From the NCBI RefSeq assembly GCF_003018235.1, contig NZ_CP027437.1: a DNA stretch of 64,000 nucleotides; one strand, given 5' to 3'. Below are positions 22,568-35,196 of the stretch, one piece after another. Both the position numbers and the translations under genes were made by a program. How positions within the stretch are numbered: the first letter of the stretch is position 1; each line of letters starts with the position of its first letter. The notes under the pieces are model-generated. The model was not told the DNA's origin. It saw only the letters and a list, made by a program, of their open reading frames with translations, and ran no database searches. This stretch comes from Escherichia coli (GTDB lineage: Bacteria > Pseudomonadota > Gammaproteobacteria > Enterobacterales > Enterobacteriaceae).

Positions 22568-23788
22568 ATGTCTATTTATAAAATCCCGCTTCCACTGAAT
22601 ATTCTGGAAGCTGCAAAAGAACGTATTACCTGGACACTTAACACCCTACCCCGCGTCTGCGTTTCTTTTTCGGGTGGTAAAGATTCCGGATTAATGCTGC
22701 ATCTGACCGCCGAACTTGCCCGACAAATGGGCAAAAAAATTTGTGTTTTATTTATCGACTGGGAAGCTCAGTTCTCTTGCACCATTAACTATGTTCAGTC
22801 TCTGCGCGAGTTGTACACCGATGTCATCGAAGAGTTTTACTGGATTGCGCTCCCGCTTACAACGCAAAATTCCCTATCACAATACCAACCCGAATGGCAG
22901 TGCTGGGAACCTGATGTCGAATGGGTACGTCAGCCCCCGCAAGATGCGATAACCGATCCTGACTTTTTCTCCTTTTACCAGCCTGGCATGACCTTCGAAC
23001 AATTTGTGCGTGAGTTTGCCGAATGGTTTTCGCAAAAACGTCCGGCGGCGATGATGATCGGCATCCGTGCGGATGAGTCCTACAACCGTTTTGTCGCCAT
23101 CGCCAGTTTAAATAAACAACGTTTTGCCGATGATAAGCCCTGGACTACTGCCGCACCAGGCGGTCATAGCTGGTACATTTACCCCATCTACGACTGGAAA
23201 GTCGCTGATATCTGGACCTGGTATGCTAGCCATCAACGCCTCTGTAACCCACTGTATAATATAATGTATCAGGCAGGCGTTCCTCTACGTCATATGCGAA
23301 TTTGCGAACCTTTTGGTCCGGAACAACGGCAAGGATTATGGCTCTATCACGTTATCGAACCGGATCGCTGGGCTGCTATGTGCGCACGAGTCAGCGGGGT
23401 AAAAAGTGGCGGCATTTACGCCGGACATGACAACCATTTTTATGGTCATCGGAAAATCCTCAAGCCCGAACATTTAGACTGGCAGGAGTATGCATTATTG
23501 CTACTCAACAGCATGCCGGAGAAAACAGCTGAGCATTATCGCAATAAAATCGCCATTTATTTGCACTGGTATCAGAAAAAAGGCATCGAGGTTCCACAAA
23601 CCCAGCAAGGGGACATTGGCGCGAAAGATATCCCCTCCTGGCGGCGAATATGCAAAGTTTTACTCAATAACGATTACTGGTGTCGGGCATTATCATTTAG
23701 CCCGACCAAAGCGAAGAACTATCAGCGTTATAACGAACGAATAAAAGGAAAACGTCAGGAATGGGGGATACTATGCAACAACGATTAA
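22568..23788 (+). CDS. ybdN: PAPS-reductase-like (PP-loop ATP pyrophosphatase, DndC/IbrA-like) protein YbdN
   Basis: 406-aa ORF with PP-loop SGGKDS at residues 35-40. Confidence 0.88.
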   Translation: MSIYKIPLPLNILEAAKERITWTLNTLPRVCVSFSGGKDSGLMLHLTAELARQMGKKICVLFIDWEAQFSCTINYVQSLRELYTDVIEEFYWIALPLTTQNSLSQYQPEWQCWEPDVEWVRQPPQDAITDPDFFSFYQPGMTFEQFVREFAEWFSQKRPAAMMIGIRADESYNRFVAIASLNKQRFADDKPWTTAAPGGHSWYIYPIYDWKVADIWTWYASHQRLCNPLYNIMYQAGVPLRHMRICEPFGPEQRQGLWLYHVIEPDRWAAMCARVSGVKSGGIYAGHDNHFYGHRKILKPEHLDWQEYALLLLNSMPEKTAEHYRNKIAIYLHWYQKKGIEVPQTQQGDIGAKDIPSWRRICKVLLNNDYWCRALSFSPTKAKNYQRYNERIKGKRQEWGILCNND

Positions 23789-24390
23789 CGCAGGATTTAA
23801 CCCAATTTCTCGCCAGCTTGCCGGAAGACGATCGCATCAAAGCGATTAATGAAATCCGCATGGCGATCCATCAGGTTAGCCCCTTTCGAGAAGAGCCAGT
23901 GGATTGCGTTCTGTGGGTTAAAAACAGCCAACTTATGCCTAATGATTACAACCCAAACAACGTGGCACCACCCGAAAAAAAACTGCTGAAAAAATCCATT
24001 GAAATAGATGGTTTTACCCAACCCATTGTGGTCACGCATACGGATAAAAATGCCCTGGAAATCGTGGATGGTTTTCACCGCCATGAAATTGGTAAAGGCT
24101 CATCATCGTTAAAATTACGCTTAAAAGGTTATTTGCCGGTGACCTGTCTGGAAGGTACGCGTAATCAACGCATCGCCGCGACTATTCGTCATAACCGCGC
24201 TCGTGGACGTCACCAAATCACTGCCATGTCAGAAATCGTCCGTGAACTCAGCCAGTTGGGATGGGACGATAATAAAATTGGCAAAGAGCTGGGAATGGAC
24301 AGCGACGAAGTGCTACGCCTGAAGCAAATTAACGGCCTGCAAGAGTTGTTTGCCGACCGTCAATATTCCCGCGCCTGGACGGTTAAATAG
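23761..24390 (+). CDS. ybdM: ParB/sulfiredoxin-fold (DGQHR/DndB-like, IbrB-like) protein YbdM
   Basis: 209-aa ORF with a DGFHRH motif at residues 103-108; overlaps the ybdN 3' end by 28 nt. Confidence 0.85.
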   Translation: MGDTMQQRLTQDLTQFLASLPEDDRIKAINEIRMAIHQVSPFREEPVDCVLWVKNSQLMPNDYNPNNVAPPEKKLLKKSIEIDGFTQPIVVTHTDKNALEIVDGFHRHEIGKGSSSLKLRLKGYLPVTCLEGTRNQRIAATIRHNRARGRHQITAMSEIVRELSQLGWDDNKIGKELGMDSDEVLRLKQINGLQELFADRQYSRAWTVK

Positions 24391-25551
24391 CTAAAGCTGG
24401 CGCAGGCGTTCAGCTGCTGCCAGCAACGTCGATTCCTTCTTGGCAAAACAGAGACGAATCAGTTTATGTGGGAAGGGATCGGCGCAAAACACCGATAGCG
24501 GAATCGCCGCTACGCCGTGCTCCTGCGTCAGCCACTGGCAAAACTCAACGTCATCCAGGGTAGATACGGCGCTGTAATCCACCAGCAAAAAGTATGTACC
24601 TTCGCACGGTAAAATCTCCAGCCGGCTTTCATTTAAGGCATTCACCAGAATATCGCGCTTCTGGCGATAAAAGTCCGGTAACGCAAGATAATGCTCAGGT
24701 TCTGCACGTAGCATATCGGCAAGCGCCAGCTGTGCCGGGGTATTCACCGAAAAGGTCAGATACTGATGTACCTTGCGAATTTCGGCACTGATGGGCGCTG
24801 GCGCAACGCAATAACCCACTTTCCAGCCGGTCATATGATAGGTCTTGCCAAACGATGACACCGCCACCGCCCGCTCACGCAGCTGCGGATGCGCCTGCAC
24901 GCTGGCATGGCCCTGTTGTGAAAAGTTGATGTGCTCGTAAACTTCATCGCTAATGACAAAAATCTCGTGCCCGGCAATTGCCTGCCACAAAGCGGCGAAA
25001 TCAGCCTGCTGCCAGACAGTTGCACTGGGGTTATGCGGGGTGTTGAGGATCACCAGTCGGGTGCGCTCGCTTAACAATGCGGCAAATTCCTGCCAGTCCA
25101 CGCGAAAATGCGGTGGTTGCAGTGCAATACGTTTCACTATTCCCCCCGAAAGCGCGATGGCGGGCGCGTAACTGTCATAGCTGGGATCAAAGCAGATCAC
25201 TTCATCACCATTGCGCACCAATGCGGTAATCGCTGCATATAACGCTTCCGTCGCCCCTGCCGTTACGGTGATATCACTATCGGCATCCGGTTGATAGCCA
25301 TACAGACGTTCCGTTTTCTGAGCAATCGCCTCGCGCAAGGCCTGCACGCCAGTCATAGGCGCGTATTGGTTTGCCCCCTGGTCAACATGGTACGCCAGCC
25401 GCTCCTGCAAATAGCGCGGACCATCAAAATCAGGAAAGCCTTGCGAAAGGTTAATCGCCTGGTGTTGCTGCGCCAGCGCGCTCATCTGGGTGAAAATAGT
25501 GGTGCCAAGTTGTGGAAGTTTGCTTTGTGGAATCAGAGGGTTATTTGTCAT
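24391..25551 (-). CDS. ybdL: PLP-dependent methionine aminotransferase YbdL
   Basis: 386-aa ORF, class I/II aminotransferase, matches YbdL. Confidence 0.92.
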   Translation of the reverse strand: MTNNPLIPQSKLPQLGTTIFTQMSALAQQHQAINLSQGFPDFDGPRYLQERLAYHVDQGANQYAPMTGVQALREAIAQKTERLYGYQPDADSDITVTAGATEALYAAITALVRNGDEVICFDPSYDSYAPAIALSGGIVKRIALQPPHFRVDWQEFAALLSERTRLVILNTPHNPSATVWQQADFAALWQAIAGHEIFVISDEVYEHINFSQQGHASVQAHPQLRERAVAVSSFGKTYHMTGWKVGYCVAPAPISAEIRKVHQYLTFSVNTPAQLALADMLRAEPEHYLALPDFYRQKRDILVNALNESRLEILPCEGTYFLLVDYSAVSTLDDVEFCQWLTQEHGVAAIPLSVFCADPFPHKLIRLCFAKKESTLLAAAERLRQL

Positions 25552-25658
25552 TTTTTATTGTGCCTGACGAAGTTGTGTTGAAGGCACTATAACACGATGC
25601 TAGTATTTGGCGATCAAGACGTTTAGATGTCTAAATAAAACAATAAGGACAACACAAC

Positions 25659-26747
25659 ATGCCTCACAATCCTATCCGCGTGGTCGTCGGCCCGGCTAAC
25701 TACTTTTCACATCCCGGCAGTCTCAATCACCTGCACGATTTTTTCACTGATGAACAACTTTCTCGCGCGGTGTGGATCTACGGCGAACGCGCCATTGCTG
25801 CGGCGCAAACAAAACTTCCGCCAGCGTTTGAACTGCCAGGGGCAAAGCATATTTTGTTTCGCGGCCATTGCAGCGAAAGCGATGTACAACAACTGGCGGC
25901 TGAGTCCGGTGACGATCGCAGCGTGGTGATTGGCGTCGGCGGCGGCGCACTGCTCGACACCGCGAAAGCCCTCGCCCGCCGTCTCGGTCTGCCGTTTGTT
26001 GCCGTTCCGACGATCGCCGCCACCTGCGCCGCCTGGACACCGCTCTCCGTCTGGTATAACGATGCCGGACAGGCGCTGCATTATGAGATTTTCGACGACG
26101 CCAATTTTATGGTGCTGGTGGAGCCAGAGATTATCCTCAATGCGCCGCAAGAATATCTGCTGGCGGGGATCGGTGACACGCTGGCGAAATGGTATGAAGC
26201 GGTGGTGCTGGCCCCGCAACCAGAAACGTTGCCGCTAACCGTGCGACTGGGGATCAATAATGCGCAGGCCATTCGCGACGTCTTGTTAAACAGTAGCGAA
26301 CAGGCGCTTGCCGATCAGCAAAATCACCAGTTAACGCAATCATTTTGCGATGTGGTGGATGCGATTATCGCCGGAGGTGGAATGGTCGGTGGTCTGGGCG
26401 ATCGTTTTACGCGTGTGGCGGCGGCCCATGCCGTGCATAACGGTCTGACCGTGCTGCCGCAAACCGAGAAGTTTCTTCACGGCACCAAAGTCGCCTACGG
26501 AATTCTGGTGCAAAGCGCCTTGCTGGGTCAGGATGATGTGCTGGCGCAATTAACAGAGGCGTATCAGCGTTTTCATCTGCCGACTACGCTGGCGGAGCTG
26601 GAAGTGGATATCAATAATCAGGCGGAGATCGACAAAGTGATTGCCCACACCTTGCGCCCGGTGGAATCCATTCATTACCTGCCGGTCACGCTGACACCGG
26701 ATACGTTGCGTGCAGCGTTCGAAAAAGTGGAATCGTTTAAAGCCTGA
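25659..26747 (+). CDS. ybdH: Iron-containing alcohol/glycerol-dehydrogenase-family hydroxycarboxylate dehydrogenase
   Basis: 362-aa ORF, matches YbdH. Confidence 0.9.
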   Translation: MPHNPIRVVVGPANYFSHPGSLNHLHDFFTDEQLSRAVWIYGERAIAAAQTKLPPAFELPGAKHILFRGHCSESDVQQLAAESGDDRSVVIGVGGGALLDTAKALARRLGLPFVAVPTIAATCAAWTPLSVWYNDAGQALHYEIFDDANFMVLVEPEIILNAPQEYLLAGIGDTLAKWYEAVVLAPQPETLPLTVRLGINNAQAIRDVLLNSSEQALADQQNHQLTQSFCDVVDAIIAGGGMVGGLGDRFTRVAAAHAVHNGLTVLPQTEKFLHGTKVAYGILVQSALLGQDDVLAQLTEAYQRFHLPTTLAELEVDINNQAEIDKVIAHTLRPVESIHYLPVTLTPDTLRAAFEKVESFKA

Positions 26748-26756
26748 CGTACATAT

Positions 26757-26954
26757 TTAGCAGCAGCGCGCGCCGCCTTTTCCACCGTAGCGCGCGTCCT
26801 GCCGCTCACGGAAAAACTCCTCGTAGGTCATCGGCGTTTGATCGGGATGGTTAACCCGCATATGTTCGACATAGTTGTCGTAATCAGGCATACCAATCAT
26901 CAGTTTCGCCGCCTGACCTAAATATTTTCCGGCTTTTGCCAGTGAATCAAACAT
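26757..26954 (-). CDS. ybdD: Small protein YbdD (DUF466), cstA-associated
   Basis: 65-aa [35 protein letters not shown]... immediately downstream of cstA. Confidence 0.88.
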   Translation of the reverse strand: MFDSLAKAGKYLGQAAKLMIGMPDYDNYVEHMRVNHPDQTPMTYEEFFRERQDARYGGKGGARCC

Positions 26955-26973
26955 CTAAACCTCCGGTAATACA

Positions 26974-27000
26974 AATGCCCTCCTGAATTAAGAGGGCTTA
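26974..27000. terminator. Hairpin between convergent ybdH and ybdD
   Basis: gccctcctgaattaagagggc inverted repeat. Confidence 0.45.
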
Positions 27001-27066
27001 ATTGCTATCAACACGCTCGGGCTGAGAGTAAGGGGAACGCTCAGCACATCCCCCCTCACTCTGACT

Positions 27067-29039
27067 TTAGTGCGCGCCTTTCGCCTGCGCCACGATCTCT
27101 TCGACATTTTCCGGCATCGGCTCATATGGCGTTTCTTTCGCCGTTGGCTTCGGCTCTTTCAATGCCGCCAGTGCCGTCTTAATCGAGAACAGCGCCAGAA
27201 CCACCACGACCACCATAAAGAAGATGGTTAACCCGGCATCAAGACGGTTGTTGAATACCAGTTGCGCCAGCTGTGACTCAGTATACTGCGACGGAATATT
27301 GCCGCTGTCGATCATTGCCTGGAACTTATTAGCAATCGCCTGGAAGCCGACTTTCGCATCCGGGCTAAACGCTTTCTGCCAGCCTGCGGTCAGGGTACAA
27401 ATCAGCAGCCAGGCCGTTGGTACCAGCGCCACCCAGGCGTAACGTTGACGTTTCATTTTGAACAGCACCACAGCACAGAGCATCAGCGCCATCCCTGCCA
27501 GCATCTGGTTGGCAATACCAAACAGCGGCCACAAGGTGTTAATACCGCCCAGCGGATCGACCACACCCTGATGGAGGAAGTAGCCCCACGCCAGTACGCA
27601 CAGCGCCGTTGCCAGCAGGTTAGCAGGCAGTGAATCGGTCCGTTTCAGGCCCGGAGACACCACGCCCAGCAGATCCTGCAACATAAAGCGCGCAGCACGC
27701 GTACCTGCATCCACCGCCGTCAGAATAAACAGTGCTTCAAACAAAATGGCGAAGTGATACCAGAACGCCACATCCATCATGCCGCCCAGCGCGCCGTGCA
27801 GAATGTAGGCCATCCCCACCGCCAGCGTCGGCGCACCGCCCGCACGGGAAATGATCGACTGTTCACCCACTTCGCTGGCAATCTGGTTGAGCGTATCTGG
27901 TGTAATGCTAAATCCCCAGCTACTCACCACCTGCGCGGCAGAAGCAACCACATCCGCCGTACCTGCCGGAGCCAGCACCGCCATCGGGCTGTTCATAGCG
28001 AAGTACACACCCGGATCGATGATACAGGCGGAAACCAGCGCCATAATCGCTACGAAGGATTCCATTAACATCCCGCCGTAGCCGATAAAACACGCCTGCC
28101 CTTCGTTCGCCAGCATCTTCGGCGTGGTACCGGAAGAGATCAGCGCATGGAAGCCAGACACCGCGCCACAAGCGATGGTGATAAACAGGAACGGGAACAG
28201 GTTACCGGTCCATACCGGGCCTGTGCCATCGACAAATTTAGTTAGCGCAGGCATGGTCAGCGTCGGGCGCATAATCAAAATGCCTACCGCCAGACCGACG
28301 ATAGTCCCGATTTTCAGGAAGGTTGAGAGGTAGTCACGCGGAGCCAGCAGCAGCCACACCGGCAGCACCGCCGCCACAAAACCGTAACCCACCAGCATCC
28401 AGGTCAGCTGCACGCCGGTAAAGTCAAAGTACGGTGCCCAGGTCGGGCTTTCTGCCACCCAGCCGCCAGAGATAATGGCGAAAATCAGGAACACCAGACC
28501 AATCACCGACACTTCGCCAATACGCCCCGGACGCAGATAACGCAGGTAGATCCCCATAAACAGCGCCAGCGGAATGGTGAACGCAACGGTATACGTTCCC
28601 CACGGGCTATGGGTCAGGGCTTTCACCACGATCATCGCCAGCACGGCAAGGATAATGACCATGATCATAAAGCAGGCCACCAGCGCAATCACCCCGGCAG
28701 GTAACCCATTTGCGCCGCCAGCACCGGCCCCACCAGCGGGCCTGCTCCGGCAATGGCCGCAAAATGGTGACCGAACAGCACTTTTTTGTCCGTCGGCACA
28801 TAGTCCAGCCCGTCGTTATGGCGCACCGCTGGCGTCATACGCGTCGGGTCAACCGCCAGCACATTTTTGGCGATATACAGGCCATAAAAACGGTAAGCGA
28901 TCAGATAGATACAGACCGACGCCACCACAATCCACAGCGCGTTGATCTGTTCCCCACGATTTAAAGCAATGTATCCCAGAGCAAATGCTCCCATTACAGA
29001 GAGCACTGTCCAGACGAGGTATTTCCCTGATTTGTTCAT
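27067..29039 (-). pseudogene. cstA: Carbon-starvation peptide/pyruvate transporter CstA, interrupted by frameshift/internal deletion
   Basis: The CstA N-terminus (116 aa ending ...AAQMGYLPG) stops at a TGA at 28689-28691; the remainder (541 aa from VIALVACFMIMV...) resumes in another frame from 28692. The sum (657 aa) is about 44 aa short of the roughly 701 aa I recall for CstA. Confidence 0.7.
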
Positions 29040-29100
29040 AGTTGTTATCCGTGTGCGTGTCCATAGAGATGTTACATTTTGTTTCTATAACATCTTTGCG
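29040..29100 (-). promoter_or_regulatory. cstA 5' leader with GGA motifs (CsrA-type sites) and a 7-13-7 hairpin
   Basis: Minus-strand leader ...gatgttatagaaacaaaatgtaacatc...atGGAcacgcacacGGAtaacaacATG; cstA is a known CsrA target. Confidence 0.4.
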
Positions 29101-29159
29101 CAATTTAACAACACAGCAACCATGTAAATCGGAGTTGAAACCAATATTTAACTTAACAA

Positions 29160-29175
29160 TGTTAACTCGATCACT
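29160..29175 (-). promoter_or_regulatory. Putative CRP site in the cstA promoter
   Basis: TGTTA-N6-TCACT resembles TGTGA-N6-TCACA, about 120 bp upstream of the cstA ATG; cstA is known to be cAMP-CRP dependent. Confidence 0.3.
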
Positions 29176-29219
29176 CCGTTAACCGAGTTTTCCTGCAATC
29201 TCATTTAATTCTGTCGGGT

Positions 29220-30381
<1,162 letters not shown>

Positions 30382-30382
<1 letters not shown>

Positions 30383-31239
30383 TATTTCACCTCGCGGGAA
30401 AGTAGCTTCCACCAGGCGTCGATGGTCGGGTTTTTCGCCAGCATGACAAAGTCGATATCGCCATGCACTTTGCGCCAGCGCGCCGCCAGCGCCATCATCC
30501 GCACCGAATCCAGACCGTAGTCGATCAGGTTGTCGTCATCGAACGGTTCATCGGACTCGTCCAGCAACGGCAGGATCACCTCACGCAGCGCCGCTTTGCT
30601 GGCGGGGATAGGTGCTGGCAGTAATTCTTCGGTCATCACCACCCGGCCAGAACGTCCGGCCACATATTTCAGCGACATCAAATGCTCGTCACGGCTGAAA
30701 TCGGCCAGCGCATCTGCCACCATAAACGGTTTAATATCGCGCATAAATGCGTCGGTTGCGGTGGTCATACAGCCAATGTGGGCATATACCCCGGTAATAA
30801 TCAGCTGGTTACGTCCACTCTCTTTCAGCATTTGCTCCAGCGGGGAACGATGAAACGCGCTATAGCGCCACTTCACCAGCACCGTGTCGTCGGCATCTGG
30901 CGTCAGGCTATCCACCACCTTTTGCTGTTCCGGCGAACGGGTCAGGCCAGGCCCCCACATATCATTCAACAGCGCCCGATCTTCATCGCTCTGCTCTTTC
31001 GGCTGGGCGGTGTAATAAACCGGGATATTGTGCTGTTTGCAGTAGTCGCGTAGTGCCGCAATATTCGCGATCACCTGCTCCATCATCGGGCAGTTCTCGC
31101 CCCAGAAGCTGACAAAATAGTCCTGCATATCATGGATTAACAACGCGGCACGTTGCGGTTCAAAGGCCCAGTCGACTTTATTCTGCGGAATATCGTGAGA
31201 CTCCGGCAGTGCGTAAGCCTGTAATTTTGGAATAGCCAT
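30382..31239 (-). CDS. entB: Isochorismatase / aryl carrier protein EntB
   Basis: 285-aa ORF with isochorismatase domain and C-terminal ArCP (...DYGLDSVRMMAL...). Confidence 0.96.
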
Positions 31240-31252
31240 CGTGTTCTCTCCT

Positions 31253-32863
31253 TCAGGCTGATGCGCGTGACGCCAGCCACTGACGTAATTGTTTTTTATC
31301 GACTTTCCCGACCGCCGTCAGCGGAAGTGAATCCACACACTCCACGCGATCCGGTAATTTAAATTCGGCAATACCCTGTTCACGCAGGAAACGACGCACC
31401 TGCACCGCGCGTAGAGGCTCTTTTACCACCAGATAAGCACAGCTTTTTTCGCCCATCAGCTCATCTTCCATGCTCACCAGTGCGGCGTAGATCACCGCCG
31501 GATGGCGCAGCAGCAGGTTTTCGATCTCTTCGGCAGCGATCTTCTCGCCGCCACGGTTGATCTGATCTTTCTCGCGCCCCTGCACGGTGATGTACCCCTC
31601 TGGATCAATAGAGATCAGATCGCCGGAACAGTAAAAACCGTTGGCATCAAAGGCGCTGGCATTGTGCTGCGGGCTTTTGTAATAGCCACGGAAGGTGTAC
31701 GGACCGCGCGTCATCAGGCGTCCAACTTCTCCTTGCGGTAGTGGATTTCCTTCAGCATCGGCAACCCACACTTCATCGTCCGGACACATTGGATAGCCCT
31801 GGGTATGGATAATTTTCTCCGCGCTATCATCAAGACGGGTGTAGTTCACCAGCCCTTCCGCCATGCCAAACACCTGCTGCAACTGGCAGCCAATCTCAGC
31901 GGGAATACGCGCCGCAAGCGTGGCAGAAAGACGTGCGCCGCCGACCTGTAACAGTTTTAGCGAGGCAAGCTGCGCCTGGCTTTCGCCTTCGGTCAGCGCC
32001 TGTAACCACAGGCTGACTGCGGGTGGCACCAGCGCGGTGACGTTCACCTGATGTTTTTCAATCAATGGGAAACAGAGCGTGGCGCTGGGATCGGCCGCCA
32101 GAACGACCGTTCCTCCGGCAAGAAAGACGCCCAGCGATCCCGGCGAACTCATGGCGTAGTTGTGCGCCGCCGGAATCGCGCATAAATAGCGCGTCTGTTG
32201 TGTGAACTGACAAATCTCGACGCTACGACGCACGCTGTAGTAGTAGTCATTATGAGTGCGCGGGATCAGCTTCGGTGTGCCGGTGGTGCCGCCGGAAAGC
32301 TGGAAATAGGCCACTTCATCAGCAGGTGACGGCGTGGCAGTAAAATCCTCAGCCGGATGGTTAATCGCATCCTGCAAGTTATGCTCACCGCTGTCGTTGT
32401 GCAGTTGCACCACGCGAATGGAGGAATGCTCTGCAACAAATGTATTGAGGAAATCATCTCCGCTAAACAGCGCATGCTGGCGATCGGCAATCAGTAACGC
32501 CGGTTCAATCTGGCTGGCATAGGCGTTCAGTTCACTACGCTGATGGCTGAACAGCGCCAGCACCGGCGCAACGCCCAGTTTCAGCAGCGCGAAAAAGGTA
32601 ATATACAATTCAGCGACGTTACCCAGCTGTACCAGCGCGGTTTCACCAGGTTTAATGCCCTGACGGCGCAAACTACACGCGAGGTTATCCGCCGCCTGAT
32701 TCAGCTCCCGATAACTCAACTGCCTCTCGCCGTCGATAACCGCGATGCTGTCACTCGCAGCATGTCGCGTCAGAATGTCGGTCAGCGGCAAATCCTGCCA
32801 GTAGCCTTTTTCCCGATAGCGACGGGTAAACTCTTCCGGCCAGCGGGTAAATGGAATGCTCAT
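31253..32863 (-). CDS. entE: 2,3-dihydroxybenzoate-AMP ligase EntE
   Basis: 536-aa adenylate-forming enzyme ORF, matches EntE. Confidence 0.96.
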   Translation of the reverse strand: MSIPFTRWPEEFTRRYREKGYWQDLPLTDILTRHAASDSIAVIDGERQLSYRELNQAADNLACSLRRQGIKPGETALVQLGNVAELYITFFALLKLGVAPVLALFSHQRSELNAYASQIEPALLIADRQHALFSGDDFLNTFVAEHSSIRVVQLHNDSGEHNLQDAINHPAEDFTATPSPADEVAYFQLSGGTTGTPKLIPRTHNDYYYSVRRSVEICQFTQQTRYLCAIPAAHNYAMSSPGSLGVFLAGGTVVLAADPSATLCFPLIEKHQVNVTALVPPAVSLWLQALTEGESQAQLASLKLLQVGGARLSATLAARIPAEIGCQLQQVFGMAEGLVNYTRLDDSAEKIIHTQGYPMCPDDEVWVADAEGNPLPQGEVGRLMTRGPYTFRGYYKSPQHNASAFDANGFYCSGDLISIDPEGYITVQGREKDQINRGGEKIAAEEIENLLLRHPAVIYAALVSMEDELMGEKSCAYLVVKEPLRAVQVRRFLREQGIAEFKLPDRVECVDSLPLTAVGKVDKKQLRQWLASRASA

Positions 32864-32872
32864 CCTCGCTCC

Positions 32873-34048
<1,176 letters not shown>

Positions 34049-34059
34049 ATCATCCTCCA

Positions 34060-34100
34060 CAAAATGATAAAGGCTTTAATAATGATTATCATTTATATTT
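34060..34100. promoter_or_regulatory. Fur box(es) in the divergent entC/fepB promoter
   Basis: aaaatgataaaggctttaataatgattatcatttat contains a near-consensus GATAATGATAATCATTATC-type iron box. Confidence 0.6.
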
Positions 34101-34236
34101 TCGGTCGCTAACCTAAAAGCAAACGCGCACTATGTCAACTCTTGAGGTAACGCAATCTGCAACTCGGGGTTGCATCTGGTTGTGGTTACAATGAAAATGA
34201 GAAGCATTAACTTCATTAATAACAGGAAGCTGATTT

Positions 34237-35193
34237 GTGAGACTCGTCCCGCTCTACCGCAACGCCCTTCTATTAACAGGACTTTTGCTTTCAGGAATAG
34301 TCGCAGTTCAGGCCGCCGACTGGCCGCGTCAGATTACTGACAGCCGTGGCACTCATTCCCTGGAAAGCCAGCCGCAGCGTATTGTTTCCACCAGCGTCAC
34401 CCTGACCGGCTCACTGCTGGCGATTGACGCTCCAGTGATTGCCAGCGGCGCGACCACGCCAAATAACCGCGTCGCGGATGACCAGGGCTTTTTACGCCAG
34501 TGGAGCAAGGTAGCGAAAGAACGCAAATTGCAACGACTCTATATCGGTGAACCAAGTGCCGAAGCCGTTGCCGCGCAAATGCCGGATCTGATTTTAATTA
34601 GCGCGACCGGCGGCGATTCGGCGCTGGCGCTGTATGATCAGCTTTCCACCATCGCCCCGACGTTAATCATCAATTACGACGACAAAAGCTGGCAGTCGCT
34701 GTTAACGCAACTTGGCGAAATTACCGGGCATGAGAAACAAGCGGCAGAGCGGATTGCACAGTTTGATAAGCAACTGGCGGCGGCGAAAGAGCAAATCAAA
34801 TTACCGCCGCAGCCGGTCACTGCCATTGTCTATACCGCCGCTGCACACAGTGCCAATCTCTGGACGCCGGAATCAGCACAAGGGCAGATGCTGGAACAAC
34901 TCGGCTTTACGTTGGCGAAATTGCCCGCAGGGTTAAATGCCAGCCAAAGCCAGGGTAAGCGTCATGACATCATTCAGCTTGGTGGGGAAAATCTGGCTGC
35001 AGGGTTAAATGGCGAGTCACTATTCCTGTTCGCCGGTGATCAGAAAGATGCCGATGCGATTTATGCTAATCCGCTGCTCGCGCACCTGCCTGCAGTACAA
35101 AACAAGCAGGTTTATGCGCTGGGAACCGAGACGTTCCGTCTGGATTACTACAGCGCCATGCAAGTGCTGGAACGGCTTAAGGCGCTGTTTTAA
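34237..35193 (+). CDS. fepB: Ferric enterobactin periplasmic binding protein FepB
   Basis: 318-aa ORF starting at GTG with AGGAAG Shine-Dalgarno; signal peptide; matches FepB. Confidence 0.94.
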   Translation: MRLVPLYRNALLLTGLLLSGIVAVQAADWPRQITDSRGTHSLESQPQRIVSTSVTLTGSLLAIDAPVIASGATTPNNRVADDQGFLRQWSKVAKERKLQRLYIGEPSAEAVAAQMPDLILISATGGDSALALYDQLSTIAPTLIINYDDKSWQSLLTQLGEITGHEKQAAERIAQFDKQLAAAKEQIKLPPQPVTAIVYTAAAHSANLWTPESAQGQMLEQLGFTLAKLPAGLNASQSQGKRHDIIQLGGENLAAGLNGESLFLFAGDQKDADAIYANPLLAHLPAVQNKQVYALGTETFRLDYYSAMQVLERLKALF

Positions 35194-35196
35194 GCA

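Noticed and set aside
25707-26238. Cluster of overlapping 60-170-aa ORFs on both strands
   Set aside because: Embedded in ybdH, which is a full-length dehydrogenase match; Arg/Pro-rich compositions typical of out-of-frame GC-rich translation.
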